From Candidatus Saccharimonadales bacterium (lineage in GTDB: Bacteria > Patescibacteriota > Saccharimonadia > Saccharimonadales > JACDBH01), in contig JBGSWE010000004.1 of assembly GCA_041752595.1 (NCBI GenBank), forward strand, positions 151,057 through 215,056: a DNA stretch of 64,000 nt. Direction: 5' to 3'. Under the pieces are notes generated by a model. That model was not told the origin of the DNA and made no database searches. It worked only from the letters and a program-made list of their open reading frames with translations. Shown in pieces: positions 62,403 through 64,000 of this stretch; the first letter of the stretch is position 1, and each line of letters begins with the position of its first letter. The position numbers were made by a program, and so were the translations under genes.

Positions 62403-63341
62403 TTAGAGTTCCAATTCCGCCATTTTTTCTTTAACTTCATCAAGTGCTTTAGAACCAAAGCCTTTCAAGTCACGAAGTTCTGCATCAGAAAGACTAAACA
62501 AGTCCTTAAGAGTGTGGATTTCGTTATTGATAAGAGCATTAGTTGTGCGGGCACTGAGGTTGAGGTCTTCGATAGGTGTCATTAGGGCTGGAGCTTCTTC
62601 GCCGTTATCTGCTTCGCTAGTTGCGGAACTGATGAGTGGGGCTGGGGCTTCAACGCGTGTCTGACCAGCAAGTGCGGTGTATTGGTTAACCAAAATTGCA
62701 TTAGCTTCTTCAAAAGCGTCACGTGGGGTAATTGTGCCATCTGTTTCAACGCTTAGAACTAGTTTGTCTAGGTCTGTCATTTGGCCGACACGGGTGTTTT
62801 CTACCTTGTAACGTACCCTGGTAACTGGGCTAAAAATTGCATCTAGTGCAATCATGTCGCTAGGCTTCTTGGTTGCGCTTTCGTCGATAGTTCTATAACC
62901 ACGACCAGTTTCTACTATAATATCCATAACAAAGTTAGCTTTGTCATCATCGATATTTGCGATTACGTGGCTTGGGTTGATAACTTCAACGTCTGCATTA
63001 ACTTCTATATCTTTGGCTGTAACTGCGCCTTTGCCTTTTTTGACGATGCGAAGAGTTTGAGGCTCTTGGCTGTAAACGCGGAATCTAATTCCTTTTAGGT
63101 TTAGCATAACGTCTACAACGTCTTCTTTAACGCCAGGAACGGTAGTGAACTCGTGTGTTACGCCCTCTATCTTAAAGGCTGAGATTGCTGCGCCAGAAAT
63201 ACTTGAAAGTAATACTCTGCGGATTGAGTTGCCAAGTGTCATACCGTAACCAGTATGTAATGGCTCAATGACGAATGTGCTGCTGTTAGAAGAATGATCT
63301 TCTACGGTGCTTAGAGTTGGTGTGTGAATTTGCTTTGACAT
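62403..63341 (-). CDS. rpoA: DNA-directed RNA polymerase subunit alpha
   Basis: 312 aa. It has an N-terminal dimerisation domain and a C-terminal HhH domain (LNLSARTTNALINNEIHTLKDL). Confidence 0.95.
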   Translation of the reverse strand: MSKQIHTPTLSTVEDHSSNSSTFVIEPLHTGYGMTLGNSIRRVLLSSISGAAISAFKIEGVTHEFTTVPGVKEDVVDVMLNLKGIRFRVYSQEPQTLRIVKKGKGAVTAKDIEVNADVEVINPSHVIANIDDDKANFVMDIIVETGRGYRTIDESATKKPSDMIALDAIFSPVTRVRYKVENTRVGQMTDLDKLVLSVETDGTITPRDAFEEANAILVNQYTALAGQTRVEAPAPLISSATSEADNGEEAPALMTPIEDLNLSARTTNALINNEIHTLKDLFSLSDAELRDLKGFGSKALDEVKEKMAELEL

Positions 63342-63360
63342 AATATTTAATTTCGCCTCC

Positions 63361-63972
63361 CTACCGCGAGTAATATTCTACTATTAGTTGTTCATTTAGA
63401 TCTGGTTCTGATTCTTCTCGTGTTGGCACACCTGTTACAGTGATGCTCCGCTTCTTACGGTCGATTGTAATCCATGAATAGCTTGTTTCTCCTGCTGGAC
63501 TTAGTTCATCAAGTGATTTGAAGTAGCTATTATCTGCTGAATGTGGTCGAAGAGTTATTACATCACCAGCTTTCAAGCGGATAGATGGAATATCGACACG
63601 ACGACCATTTAGTAAAAAGTGGCCATGAGTAACTAATTGACGCGCTGCAGGGCGAGAATTTGCAAATCCTGCACGGTAAACTGCGTTGTCTAGTCTTTGT
63701 TCTAGGAATCTGAGTAGGTTTTGACCTGATTGACCTTCTGATCTGTTAGCTTCTGCCATTAGATTAGAGAATTGTCGTTCTAAGAGGCCATAAAGTCTCT
63801 TAACCTTTTGCTTCTCACGAAGTTGAAGTGAATACTGACTAGGCTTGTTGCGACTGTTGAAACCAGGTTGTTTACCTGGTAGAGTCTGACGCTTAACTAG
63901 GGCTTTATGGGCTTTTGGATGAAGCGCATAACCTTCGCGGCGTGATTGTTTAACTATAGAAACTTTGCTCAT
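63361..63972 (-). CDS. rpsD: 30S ribosomal protein S4
   Basis: 203 aa. It has an S4 N-terminal domain and the S4 RNA-binding domain (RLDNAVYRAGFANSRPAARQLVTHGHF). Confidence 0.95.
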   Translation of the reverse strand: MSKVSIVKQSRREGYALHPKAHKALVKRQTLPGKQPGFNSRNKPSQYSLQLREKQKVKRLYGLLERQFSNLMAEANRSEGQSGQNLLRFLEQRLDNAVYRAGFANSRPAARQLVTHGHFLLNGRRVDIPSIRLKAGDVITLRPHSADNSYFKSLDELSPAGETSYSWITIDRKKRSITVTGVPTREESEPDLNEQLIVEYYSR

Positions 63973-63975
63973 AAT

Positions 63976-64000
63976 TTAGATCCTACGTGCTTTCTTGGGT
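63976..64000 (-). CDS. rpsK: 30S ribosomal protein S11, 3' end only (runs off the window)
   Basis: The minus-strand frame reads ..PKKARRI*, a typical S11 C-terminus in the position expected upstream of rpsD. Confidence 0.6.

Noticed and set aside
1-64000. CRISPR arrays, rRNA genes, integrases, transposases and IS elements.
   Set aside because: I found no regularly spaced repeat array, no rRNA-like conserved sequence, and no ORF with recombinase or transposase motifs (no R..H..R..Y tyrosine-recombinase or DDE patterns). The tRNA-linked islets therefore lack a visible mobilisation enzyme within this window.

Overview
This is a gene-dense, low-GC bacterial chromosome segment, roughly 30-45% GC by hand counts of sample lines. 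Most genes lie on the minus strand.

Core content:
- Ribosomal and transcription genes: rpsK (partial), rpsD, rpoA, rplQ, rplM, rpsI; secE-nusG-rplK; rplA; rplJ-rplL; rpmG.
- Replication and repair genes: dnaX, dnaB, holB, recR, ybaB.
- Other housekeeping genes: trpS, cysS, rluD, nrnA, dcd, zwf.
- Six tRNAs: Gln, Trp, Thr, Tyr, Thr, plus one tRNA-Trp pseudo-copy.

The style fits a small-genome episymbiont of the CPR/Saccharibacteria type: tiny intergenic regions, many start/stop overlaps, many toxin-antitoxin pairs, and extended ribosomal proteins. That assignment is inference only, because no rRNA gene is present in the window.

Accessory content stands out:
1. A complete six-gene carotenoid operon in the actinobacterial C50 order (crtE-crtB-crtI-crtYe-crtYf-crtEb), at 10.1-15.0 kb.
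2. A type-1 rhodopsin with the retinal lysine (45.4-46.1 kb). No carotenoid-cleavage (Blh/Brp) gene is visible in the window.
3. A compositionally foreign, GC-rich five-ORF cassette at 46.95-49.4 kb. It has a structured leader, two paralogous small proteins, two micro-ORFs and a UmuC-like Y-family polymerase, with no UmuD, YolD or ImuA partner. I rate this the best candidate for an undescribed system.
4. Three toxin-antitoxin cassettes stacked next to tRNA-Gln, separated by decayed tRNA-3'-end repeats.
5. A 53-bp perfect tRNA-Trp repeat flanking a single HD-hydrolase gene.
6. A Tmk-ThyX fusion sitting next to dcd.
7. An actinobacterial-type LysM-Rpf muralytic enzyme.
8. Two divergent leader RNAs with terminator/antiterminator logic at 29.4-29.85 kb.
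9. A Doc toxin cassette flanked by a diverged duplicate of a gene's 5' end.

I saw no CRISPR array, rRNA gene, integrase or transposase.
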